A stretch of DNA of 64,000 nt, taken from Geosiphon pyriformis uo1. Its lineage: Eukaryota; Fungi; Glomeromycota. Position 1 is the stretch's first letter; every line of letters starts with the position of its first letter. The stretch is from positions 1,964,150 to 2,028,149 of the forward strand of contig JAAOMT010000009.1 in NCBI GenBank assembly GCA_016748015.1. Reading direction: 5' to 3'. Below are positions 13,971-25,661 of the stretch, one piece after another. A model generated the notes under the pieces. That model searched no databases. It was not told the DNA's origin and saw only the letters and a program-made list of their open reading frames with translations. The position numbers and the translations under genes are program-made.

Positions 13971-14792
13971 ATTTTATATTACAACAAACAAAATAACTAT
14001 GTAATCAAATCTTATTCTAAAATGGCCAATCGACATAGCCGTCAATTTTTTTTACAGTTGGTGTAATATGGCCGAATAATTGGTACATGTATTTACTTTT
14101 TTAGACAGATCCTATTACTCGTTGCCGTAAAATTTCTGCCCAAGTGAATCGGCATTCTTTGTGTGTAATTATGAGCTGGGGTTTTTTATGCTCAGCTCAT
14201 TTTCATGTTATCTGGTTTTTTGTTGTAGCATGCCCCACGTAATCCTAGAATAAAAAAAAATTTTTTCCAGAAAACTGGGATCCCCTTTTTTTTTTTCCAT
14301 GGGAAATTTTTATGATTTCTTGTGATACAAATCTAATATTGAAAGTTGAAACCTTAATTTTTGCTTTGTTCCAATGATTACTTTTGTTGGGGCCTAATTC
14401 ACCACACATTTTAACTTAAAAAATCCCATAAAATTAAAATACAGTAATAAAAGATTTGAGAATAAGTGTTTTGTGCTGCGTTGATATCAAATCACTGTGT
14501 TTGAACCAAATTTTTAAAATTCGAATCTTAATTCAGATAATATGAAATTCAAGTATTACATCGAACAAAAATAATACTGATGAAGCTTAATCTTAATGCT
14601 ACTCAACTTTAAAAACGAATACAGATTCATTATTCTTTAATTAAGGGGAAAAGTTTCAACAACTTTGCGATAAGAAAGTTTAAAATATGTGATAGAAATT
14701 TAAATTGCTAGAAAATTTCTCTATATAAAGAGTTTTTTTATGAAATAAAATGAATTCTGTTCTCCATCAACATTTTAATCATTCAAATAAAA

Positions 14793-16092
14793 ATGGGAAA
14801 CTGTTGTTCGAGTTCCTTTTATATCAAATGGGACAATAAATATAAATACCGAATCCTTTATGGAAGACAATACCATAATATCGAAAGTTCGGACTATTTT
14901 CTTCCAAATGATGAATCTGAAGTCAATCGTTTACATCGGTATCATTCCTTTATGAAAAAAGTTTGGGATGGAAATTTTATGGCACCAGTTGACGAAATCT
15001 TGAGGAATGGTGCTAAAATTTTAGAGATTGGGTATGTTCTATTATTCTTGTTGTTGCTGTTGCTGTTGTTGTTGTTATTGTTGTTGTTATTGTTTTTGTT
15101 GTTATTGTTGTTGTTGTTATTCTTACATGTATCAATATTTTAGAATTTAAAAAATTTAATAAATTCAAATTAATTTTTGATTTTTCATTTCCTAGATGTG
15201 GGTCAGGATCATGGACTATTGACATGGCAATCACCTATCCAAATTCCCATTTCACTGCAATCGACTTTTCATCCACTTTCCCAACAAAAAATATACCTGA
15301 AAATGTTGAATTCATACAATGGAATTTATTAGATGGACTCCCAATGAAAGATTGTACTTTTGATTTCTTGCATCAACGGTTTTTGGTAGGTGCCTTTACT
15401 AAACAACAATGGGAAGATGTGGTTGTGAAGGAATTACTACGTGTGACTCGACCCGAGGGATGGATTGAATTTGCTGAATCGGATGCCTATTGGTCTAGTG
15501 ATGGTGAAGCTGGGACAAAAATCAATGAAAATAGTAAATTATATAAATTTCATTTATTCAATTCTCAATTTTTGATTACATCAAAGTATTTTAAATCAAT
15601 CATCTTATTTTCTTCTAATTTTGAAAAAAGTGGAACAGTATTTGATATCCAAAGAATTTTATCCATTCATCACACAAGAGCTACCAAGAATTTTTCAAAA
15701 CACTAATGGATTTTCCGAAATTCATGAAAAATCGATCACTGTTCGTCTTGGCTCACCAGGTGGTGAATTAGGACAAGAGGTAAGAAAAAAATCTAAACTA
15801 TCAAAATCACTAATTATTTAGGAGAAGTTATTACAACACTAATTGCTTCTTCATTATGAGAAAGATGTTTTCTTTTGAATCTAATTTATTACAATTATTA
15901 TCCATCCCTAATATTTAGACGTTGAGATTTCTTATTGACGGTTTGAAAGGTGTTAAGCCTGCACTTAGTGAATTTATGAATATCTTGCCAGAAGAATGGG
16001 AAGTTTTAGTTGAAACAATGGAAAGTGATGCGGATACTAATTATACTGTAATGAAACAGCACAGGACTTTTGGCAAGAAGAAGGATATTTGA
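14793..16092 (+). CDS. Class I SAM-dependent methyltransferase (LaeA-like), about 4 exons
   Basis: GRQYH, YFLPNDESEVNRL, ILEIG|CGSGSW (motif I), FDFLHQR, ELLRVTRPEGWIEFAE; ends FGKKKDI*. Confidence 0.9.
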
Positions 16093-17114
16093 AAACGAGT
16101 TATAAATAATGAGTTAACATTTGAAAATAGCCTATTCATATTATCAGATGAAAATTTTTTATGATTGTAATTATTCCGATAAAATTATTAAATTATTAAA
16201 GTAAAACTAAATATTTAAAAAGAAATTTTTATTGGTAAGAATTTTACATGTTTATGGTATGATAGTACCAGAGAAAAAATAAAGGTTGAAAAAGATTTTC
16301 TGTCTGTTGTTGCAATTATCTCGTTGTAATAGTGGGTAAATTAATTTCATTTGTTGAAAATGCTTAATCATTTTCAAGTAAAAAACGTAATATTAATTTG
16401 TCTTATATGACAAAAAATATATGTTTTAATATTTTACTTGAAATTTTAAAAATCTTCATAATTTTAAATTAAAATAATTAAACTATAATTCACAGAAAAT
16501 TAATGAATTAAATTAAATAATTGAATAAAAAATACTTTAAAGTATTTATGAAATATTAATTAAATTGAATAATTTATTTTTAACTGCATATTTTTTTTGT
16601 AATTTTTACTAAATAATTATTTGCCAATATTTAATTTGTTTCCGTTTAACCATATAATACAACTGTTAAAAATTAATTGATATATTTATATTAATATTTA
16701 GCTGTAACTTTTAATGATTTAACATTTTTCATGTCAACCAAATGAGACTTATAATGCTCATAATTTTTCTAATAATAAAATCATTGTAATTTTGCAAAAT
16801 TATTTATTTATTATTTATTTATAATTAATACTGTTATTAATAATTTCCCGGAAAATTTTTTAACATCAAGAAAACCAGGTCAAATTTCTGTTATTATAAA
16901 TGAGCTAATAAAAATGATTCTGATTCCAAAAAATTTAAAGATTGTTCATACGAGGCTTTTATTGCTAAAGCTTAAAGAGGTTTACTATAAATATTTATCA
17001 GAAAAACTCAACTGGAAGTACTATATGAGAAATTTACTATACATGAGGTGATATAGTTGCAGCTTTTGTAAAAATCCTAACTTCCGAAGAATCTGCTATG
17101 CACACTTAAGCAAA

Positions 17115-19532
17115 TTATTTTCGAAATTCAAAATCACATAATGGCAATAATTCATTAACAAGCCATCTTTGTGGGGGAAAAATTGGTCCATAATTCCTTT
17201 CATACTTCCCTTCAAGATTTCTAATCTCATCTAACATTAAACCTTGCCTAACTATCATCAAGATAAATCCCAATCGGTTGCGGCCTCCACCCTTAGCACC
17301 ACCGTCCCCCCAATAAATATCGTTTTCAGTATGCTCAAATAAACGTGCGGTAGCAGTAGAAAGAAGTTTAAATTTTAATTTAGCATTCTGACGATACTTT
17401 GCGAAAGAAGCTTTTACCATGACATTTTCTTTGAAATTCATATTTTTCGAAACTGGAGCTTCCCAGTCCTCCCTTTTACAAAAGTCATTAGCCCGCGCAA
17501 TAGTGAACGCTTCACGAGCCGACCATGCCCCACGTATTCTTTGTTGCAAATATGGGTTGCAAAATTTTTGTGCTTGAACTATCCAATTTGAAATATCCAT
17601 TTAATATTTTTAAGGTTTATAATTACATTTAATCCTTTCATACTCACAATAGTGCTCGGTACTAGGCCAAATTTGTTCGTCAATCTTCACTTTTGCACTG
17701 TAAAAGTTAGTAAATTCGTAATATGGCTCATCTTTATTATAAAAGTTTACTGGGGATTTCCGAAGTTCTCCACGTTTCTGGGAAATTAAGTGGTCCAAAT
17801 TTAGAAAAAAGTTAAATATACAAGAAAAAACCGATCTGCCCTTACTTACATTCCAGTAACGGATTATGTGGCTAATAGCAAGTCCAACTCCTTCCAAAGA
17901 GCATCCGATAACTGCCGTAGCGCCCGCACGAGCAAATTGACCTTGTACATATATTGAAGGACATTCATCGACACTTGGAGAGATCACAATAATATCCAAT
18001 ACTCGGGGATCAAGAAAAGTGCGAATACGTTTTAGAGTCTCTACAGTTATGTAGTTGCTTATTGTTTGACCTGCAAAAACAAAGACACACATTTGCCATG
18101 CATTCACCCAGCAGTTGATTGCGGAGTCAAGGACTAAATTTTCTGCAGCAGAAATAACTTCACTACTGTTAGAGTAACAGTAATTCTTAAATAAGCGAAA
18201 AATTGGGTGAAATCCACAAACTCGAAATTTGTCAACCGTGCCCACAAAGCTCGTATCAATGTCAAAAGATATAAAAAGGGCCAGGGAATGAACCTCTGAA
18301 CAACTTTTTTGAATTTTATTTGCAACTTCATGGGAGTTGTAATTATAGTCTTGAGATGCTTTTCGTTTTAAACTTTCCGTGAGTTGGTGCTGTTCCACTT
18401 GTGCAGTAACAGAAGCTTTAGATTGAGAATTTGAGGCTTCAATTCTTTGGTTTTTTTCGTTGATTTCTTGAAGATTCGAAGTGAGAGACGGTGGAGAATT
18501 AGTCCCATTTTCATATGCACATGATCCTTTTTCCTCTTTAATTGACCCTTTGCGAGATATAGGTCCCTTCGAGTCACCATCATTTTCATAATTGTCATTT
18601 GATGAGGTGGAATTGCCAGGTGCTACTAAATTGTCAGCCGATGCTTCAATTCTTTGGTTTGTTTCGTTGGTTTGTTGAATGCTTGAAGTGGGAGACGGCA
18701 GAGAATTACATCCCTTTGATTCTTTTTTCATCTTCCTTGTATCTTTGCGAGACATAGGGGATTTCAAGACTTCATCGTTTCCAAAATTCTTATTTGATGA
18801 AGGGAAATTGCCAGGTGCTTGTGACTTACCAGTCGGTGGTTCAATTCTTTGATTTTTTTTGTTGCAATGACTTGCTGTCGGAGACTCTACGAGGCTTGTG
18901 GCAAAGTTTTGCCCAGTTGTCGGGTCATTGCTCGGTAAGCTATTTGTCCCCTGATCTGAATATCCGTTTTCGCCATTTTGATTTTGGTGATCAAGATCGG
19001 AGCTCACATTATTTTTTGGACCATTTTGAGTTCGCTGACAGTCATTTACAGCGTATTTCATTGCATCGGGAGTTGGAGCTGGTTTACATAGGTTATATGA
19101 TTTAGATTGTGGTTTAAATGATGGTTTCGGCTGCCCCTCTCCCCAACTTATCGCAATCGAATTGCTAAGTTTGTCACGTGAAGTAGAATTCATCCCTGAA
19201 TGAGCCTGCGACGAGTTATTATTTTGATAGGATGACGACACCGGTTCATTGTCAATTTGTATTAGGTCTCCTGTTGGGATCTCTCTTGGAGAGTTATTTC
19301 TAAGATCTAAATTTTTTTTTAAAATTATTGTTTAAAGAGATATAAGAATTCCATTAAATTAAATACTTAGACTCTCGAAATTTTAGAATAGAAAAGAAAG
19401 AAAGAATATATCAGAGTCATTACCAAGTGTCGCTTTCAAGCACATCAGACAGTTTCCACAAGTTGGGGAATTAGTCTTCTCGGAATGTCTCACATCTGAC
19501 ACTGGTATATCCATATCTTTAGAAGACATCAT
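17115..19532 (-). CDS. Multidomain protein: low-complexity repeat N-terminus, alpha/beta middle domain, C-terminal NADAR (YbiA-like) domain; exons ~19532-19424, 19306-17850, 17777-17648, 17578-17115
   Basis: Splicing out 17647-17579 rebuilds STEHYFQAQKF. Other NADAR motifs are FYNKDEPYYEFTNFY, REDWE, AKYRQN and LFEHTENDIYWGDGG..GRNRLGFILM. Confidence 0.9.
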
Positions 19533-19905
19533 CTTCTAATGAAAGGAAGATTTATATATATATATAAGTCGATGAATTTTTTCATCAATCAACCCTTGAT
19601 TAAATGTCCTAATTTGAGCTTAATTTATTTTTCTCACCCACTGAACTTTATACTTTTAGCATGATGGATTAAAGGATGTATCCTTTTCATTATGTAATAA
19701 GCATCAATCATGTCGCAAAAAAAATTTCGATTTATAGTTTGATCCATAGACAATTTAATGATCGAAAAAAGCTTTTGAAAAAAATAATATAAGCTTTAAG
19801 CAGTTTTTTAAAATTTCCTTATTTTTTTACACCCATCAATCTTTGGATCCCTTATTTTCAAATAATATACTCTCTTAGTAGCTTTAGCTTTAACTAAGAA
19901 TTTCA
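19533..19905. promoter_or_regulatory. Candidate bidirectional promoter between the NADAR and ART genes
   Basis: 373 bp between divergent ATGs; TATA-like (TA)n run at ~19553-19567. Confidence 0.55.
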
Positions 19906-21229
19906 ATGAAGTGCATAATTCCTCTGTGTCAAAGTACATGCAATGACGATGAAAATAAACTGTGCAAAAGTCATCTTACAACATTAACAAGTAACTATTT
20001 TCTGCACCGAATTTTGAATATGAAGCTTACGTAAGCTTTTTAATAACATTTTGATGGAACTCTTCTGTAACATTAGCGTTTCCAAAAACCTTTCCCAGCA
20101 CCCACAAAATACAAAATGCCCAGAAAGTTACACACTTGGTGTTGCTCCAAAAGGGAAGCAATGAATATCAAGAAGTTGCCAACAAATTCTTGCATGACTG
20201 GATAAAGCCAAATGCTCAAGGTTGATAGGCAAATTTATTTTTGGTTCAAGGAAATTAGCTTAAACGATTCACAATTGAAATCAATGTGAATTGAAATTTA
20301 GGGATTGAAATCGAAGCTATTTACACAATATTTTTGCCCTTTGAAATCATGTCACGTTACAACACTTATAAAAAACAAGTTGAAACGAGAATTAATTACA
20401 AAAGCATTGGTCTCTCTGAAGCGAACGAAAAGCTTCTTTGGCATGGCACTGATCATACTTGCTCAATTCTTCATAATGCTATTCAATCAAATTTATGCTC
20501 CTCAAACAATTGTCCTGGATGTGGTGTATTGATGAATTCTTTTCTTTTGAGCAAAGTGGGAGTAAATTATCAAGGGCGCACGTTTCAACGCCTCGGCCAG
20601 GGAATTTACTTCACACCATATTCAAGTAAGGCACATTTTTATGGCCATGGAGGGGTAAGCTATAAATAAATCTATTTTTCAATGGGTGGAAATCTTTCTT
20701 ATCCAGTTCAATTTAAACATTAAATTTAAATTTTAATAAAAAATCTAACAAGGCTAAGCCATTACCACGGGAAGCGGGAAGAACATGCCGAATTATGTTT
20801 TTATCCAAGGTTACTACCTTTAAGGTGCTTTTTCCCATGAAATTAGCTGCGAATTAAGGTTCACTTTATTTTAAAACAATTTTTAGGTCATTCTTGGGAA
20901 TCCTTGGCAGCCAGAAAAAGTCTCGCAAAATGCAACAAGCCCGCCATCAGGCTTTGATTCTACTTGGGGACGAGTTGGTAAATTTAAAGTTATTCAAATA
21001 CTTAGATAGCTTCGCCCAATAATTTTTTCCTTTCTTTAGGATATTGCCCTCATGGAGGGGCAATGCTAAATTATGAGGAATATGCTGTCTACAGGTTAGA
21101 TTTTTTTGAGTGTTGAAATTTCTACTGATATTTGATTTTGGAATTATACACAACTATGATTTTTTTAGGCAAGATGCGTGTTTGCCATCAAATTATGTTG
21201 CGTACTCCTATACCTCTACTAGCGAGTGA
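19906..21229 (+). CDS. PARP-like (ARTD-fold) ADP-ribosyltransferase, ~280 aa; exons ~19906-19990, 20077-20220, 20302-20654, 20753-20809, 20887-20977, 21040-21094, 21169-21229
   Basis: All six introns are GT-AG and in phase. EKLLWHGT, Cys insert C..C-x4-C-x2-C, RLGQGIYFTPYSSKAHFY, IMFLSKVILG, PPSGFDS, LNYEEYAVY, LPSNY; N-terminal C-x4-C...C-x2-H. Confidence 0.88.
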
Positions 21230-24032
21230 AATTTTATAGTAAAAGTGTTGTCGTGATTCGGTGTGTTGAGCTCTTTTTATTGAAAAGTTTTGTGGACTTT
21301 CTTATTCATTTAATTTCTTTATTTTTTCGAATTTCACATGCTCCTTCAAAAAGTTAATAATGAAGATTGCGCGCTTGCATGTTTCTCTGCTACTTATAGA
21401 TCCCTTGGATAGTAAAAATTGAGGTTTTCTTGAAATATTATTTTTTCTAAATTGCTGAATTTGACCCGCCTTTCTCTTAGTGCTTGGGTGTCAGTTCCGG
21501 AATGCCCTGAGTGGTAATCAATATGCTTAATTGGTGGGAAGCCATTCATCAACTTATTTTGTATGATACTCTTAACCTGCAAGATTTTTTCCTACAAAAA
21601 GATTGGCTAAAAAAAATAGGTCTAAAAATCTTGGGGCCGTACAAGGTACTTAAGAAAAATTCAATCTGCCTTCTATGTATCAATGCTAAGGAACCAAGAA
21701 GTCGATTAGCACCAAAGGATTAAACCTGAAATTAAGTTTGAATAGCAATTTTTTGATAGATGTTTGCTCTAAGTTGTTGCATGGAAACTTCATTGTGTCA
21801 GATTGAGACTCCGAGTTTATCTCCAAATTTTTGAATAAGTCCTTGCAAAATTGAGCACAAAAATTGCAATGTTCACTTATTTTCAAACACTATCGACTGG
21901 CAAGCCAAAAAAATGACAATATATATTTTTAATTTAATAATTCAAATATGTTAGGCACTGTGACCGGTATCAAGCGACTTATTTTTTATTTAAATAATTA
22001 TAAAAATTAAAAATCTGGTTTTGCAACTAAATTATTTCTAACAACCAAAGAAATGTAATTATAACAATCAAAAAATTAATAAACTTAATTATAAATTTTA
22101 CAAAACCAAATAACTTCTGTAATTGAATTTATAAAAAAACCAGTCTAGAATCGATAACAATATCAAAAGTAATAAACCCATATAATACAAAAAAAACAAC
22201 AGCCTTAATATAAAAAAGTAAACCATAGTTTTAATAATAATTACATCTATAATGTTTTTGGACTTGAAATAAAAATTGCATATTTTTAACAGCAATTGAA
22301 TTTAGACAACTGCAGAATAAAACAAGTTTGATTATTTATTTGAAAAATTATATTACAAATTTTAAGGACTATATGGTTATAAAGAAAATTAACCAACTTA
22401 ATTTTAAAAATATTATAAAAGCCAATTACTTTCTTTTAGTTAAAAAAAAAAAAGATTCTAATACTATTTTTTTTATCAAAACTAACCAGCAAGCATAAGT
22501 AACTTTAAAAACTTTGTAACTTTTAAAATAAACAATAACATTTTATTATAAACTCGCAAATTTCAATTTAACATCACATATTTTTACCAAAAACTTGCAA
22601 AAAATATTACAAAAAACAACAACAAAGAAAACAGAAATAAATTCAGATACTATAATAGATTTTACAATTTTAAAAGTAGTAATAAAGAAAGATTTAATAA
22701 GCTTAATTTTAATGGCAATATTTAAAAAATCATAACATTGTTTTGCTTTAAAACTGACAATAATTAACTGAAATTATTTATATTAAACAAGATAGTCAAA
22801 TACTAATTCAAAACAGTTTTAATAAATATGTTATTGCTGATATTGTCCAAAATGTATTATTTTAATATTGTAAAATATGATTGTTTGAAATTTAAAAGAA
22901 TTCATAAACAAAGTTATTATTTTTTTAATAAAAACAAAATATTTAAAAAAAGTTTAAATAATATATTTAGAAATTATTGTACTAATACAGATAAACAAAA
23001 AAAAATTAATACTATTTTTTGTTTTATTTATTTTTATTAATTTGTAATTATTATGAAAATATCAAGTTAAATTTTGGTTTAATTAAAAATTTTATTAAAA
23101 AATAATTATGAATTATGTTAATTATATTATTACAAGTTGATATAACGGTTTAATAAATAAAAAAAACAACAATTATTAAATCAATCAAGAGAAATTTAAT
23201 TAAGAAAATGATTTAAATAAGTAAATAATTTAATTAATGTAATGAGATTTATAAAAATTATAGTTGCTAATCTTTTTAGAGAGTTAAAAGGTTAAAAAAT
23301 GTTTATATTGTCAACAAGAAATAATACAATACTATAAATTAAAGAAATCAACCAACAAACAGATTGTTTTTTGAGTGTTACTATTGTGCAATGTTTTTAA
23401 TTATTACTTATATTTTTAAGAATTAATTAATTAAAACCTTCTTTTTTAGAATTTTTTAAGAAATTTTGGAAAAATAATACAATCAAATATAAAGCAAGAA
23501 AAAACTAGAAAACATTGAATGCCCGAAGGATTTTACATGCAGCATGCCCATTTGATATTTAATCAAGATTCTTTATTTTTTGTTGTTTATAAGAAAAATT
23601 ATAAAAGCTCCTTCAATGGACCATTATCATGTAAAAGCAATTTTGTTTGGGCATAGCGCGAAAATATCCTATATATTCCGGGAAGACTAATTTAACTCAA
23701 AAAACATGTAATGGTAAATTTCGATAAGTCTTTTGATCAACTATTTAATATTTTAGTATTAAAGATAAATATTAAAAGATATACTTTATGAATAATTAAA
23801 TATAGAGAATAAAAAATTTAGAGGTGAGGTATCGCACCAAATGTCCTTTTATAATATTATAAAACCTCAAATAATCTTTTTTAGTTGTTGAAAATATTCG
23901 GAAAACTAATCTCTATCTCGAAATCTTATTTCAGTGTGTTGAAGGGGGACACCTTAGAGATTTTTTTGTAACTTTAAAATATCTACACCAATAAGCTATA
24001 TTTATGAAGTAAAATCAAATATTAAAATCATC

Positions 24033-25661
24033 CTAGAAATTCGATTGAGTCTCGGTTTCGTCGTAAGGTGCGTAATGTCGACACTTGTCGCCATGTCTAT
24101 GATTCCCATCGTTCCGAATAGGTTGGAAATCAGCAAGGCATCTAAGAAAGTAACATGTATTCGCTTCAGATCTTTAAGAATGTTTAAAAACTGCATGATG
24201 AAATCAAAATTTTACTCACTCCCAACAAAATTCAAATCCGCATCCAGGCGCACGGCAGGTCATATGGTCACATCCACCATCCTTCTCAATATTACTCTTA
24301 CATTTTGGGCACCGCTTTGTTTTAGAGTCGATGAATGCTATAGTTTCTTCCTCCACCCTCACCCTTAATAACTGCTCTGCCCGTTCTGCTTCACTTATAC
24401 GACTTATCTGCCCAGTGATAATTTTTCTTTCTTCAATCAAACGCATGGCAAGTTGCTTGGTTAGTGGCTCAAGAAAGCTTTCAAATACTTGAATTTCTTC
24501 ATCAGTTTTAGGTTCAGGATGACCTTTTTCTAACATAAGTTGAATTCCATAATCATGTACAAGTTCCTGAGCAAGACTCAATATTTCTTCCGTTTCATCG
24601 CACTCGGTGCATTTTGAACCAGCTCGGATTGGGAGATCGTGCACAACACAAGATTTTTGACGACATTCTACACATGTCATTATTGGCGCGGCATCTATGC
24701 GTAAAGATCAGAAACTTAGTTTCAATGTTAAAAGATTTAAAGAACTTATTTTAATTCTTACCTCCTTCCCAATGAATTTGGCCTGAATCACATTGTGGAT
24801 TTGAACACCATCGAAAATCGTCCATTTGTGATAGCACTGAATTCAAAGAAAGTTTATGATATCTAAATTCCAAAAGTTTTGTTAGCTTTTCTTTTAAGAT
24901 GTCAGAGAAGATTCAAATATATTCTTGCTAATGTATATGACCTTTTATAATCTTCTTCGTTTGCAAATCTTTGAACATCAGATTCACTTAAAATATTTCT
25001 GCAATCATTTCCATTCGGACATGAAATTTTAAAATTGCCTTTATCCTTTAATTCATGTTGAATGTGTCTTCCTACGCATCCTGTGCAAATACTTTTATCA
25101 TGAGAGCAATTTGCGGTAACACGTTGAAATTCGGAAATAGCATATGTTTCTGTGCAAATAATGCAGTCTGAAGTTCGCACTTGATTGGCTCTAGATGTCG
25201 TTGGGTATAGCCTTCCTTTGAATGCTAAATTTGACGATGATGCTGATGTGGAGGAAACCACTGGCGAAGCGCTCGAGGTCCTCATAAAGTCTAAAAAGGA
25301 AGTCCGTTTGGTAGTCGAAGTTTTTCCCTTTGAACTTGAGGCTTGACGTACTGAATTTGCAGCAGGACTTTGCGTCCCTGTCGATTTCCTTGGTGGAAGT
25401 TGTGGCCTTGTTGTGTTACCAGTGAGAATTTGAGATCGTGAAGTACCTGATTAGTAAAAATGAGAAGAAAAAAATACGTATTAAATTTATTTGAGATTAG
25501 AGATTCTTTAAATAAGATGCCAAGAGGTTGATCGAGTAAATAAAGTAATTTATAATGTAAATCTCGCAATTTTTAAATATGAATGAAATTCCCAGAGTTT
25601 AATAACTTTTACTTGGTTGATTATTGAAATAGGACCGAATACTGAGATTTTGAGATTGCAT
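24033..25661 (-). CDS. RBR (RING1-IBR-RING2) E3 ubiquitin ligase; start uncertain
   Basis: RING1 CIIC..CSH..CTGC..CP..C; IBR FRWCSNPQC..CVEC..CVVH; RING2 [26 protein letters not shown]|CL with the catalytic Cys; S/T-rich N-terminus. Confidence 0.9.

Noticed and set aside
14171-14200. Hairpin upstream of the methyltransferase as a riboswitch
   Set aside because: A single 10-bp stem with no TPP or SAM consensus.
21340-21900. Possible minus-strand gene remnant downstream of the ART
   Set aside because: Short ORFs with stops and no recognisable motif; no consistent model could be built.
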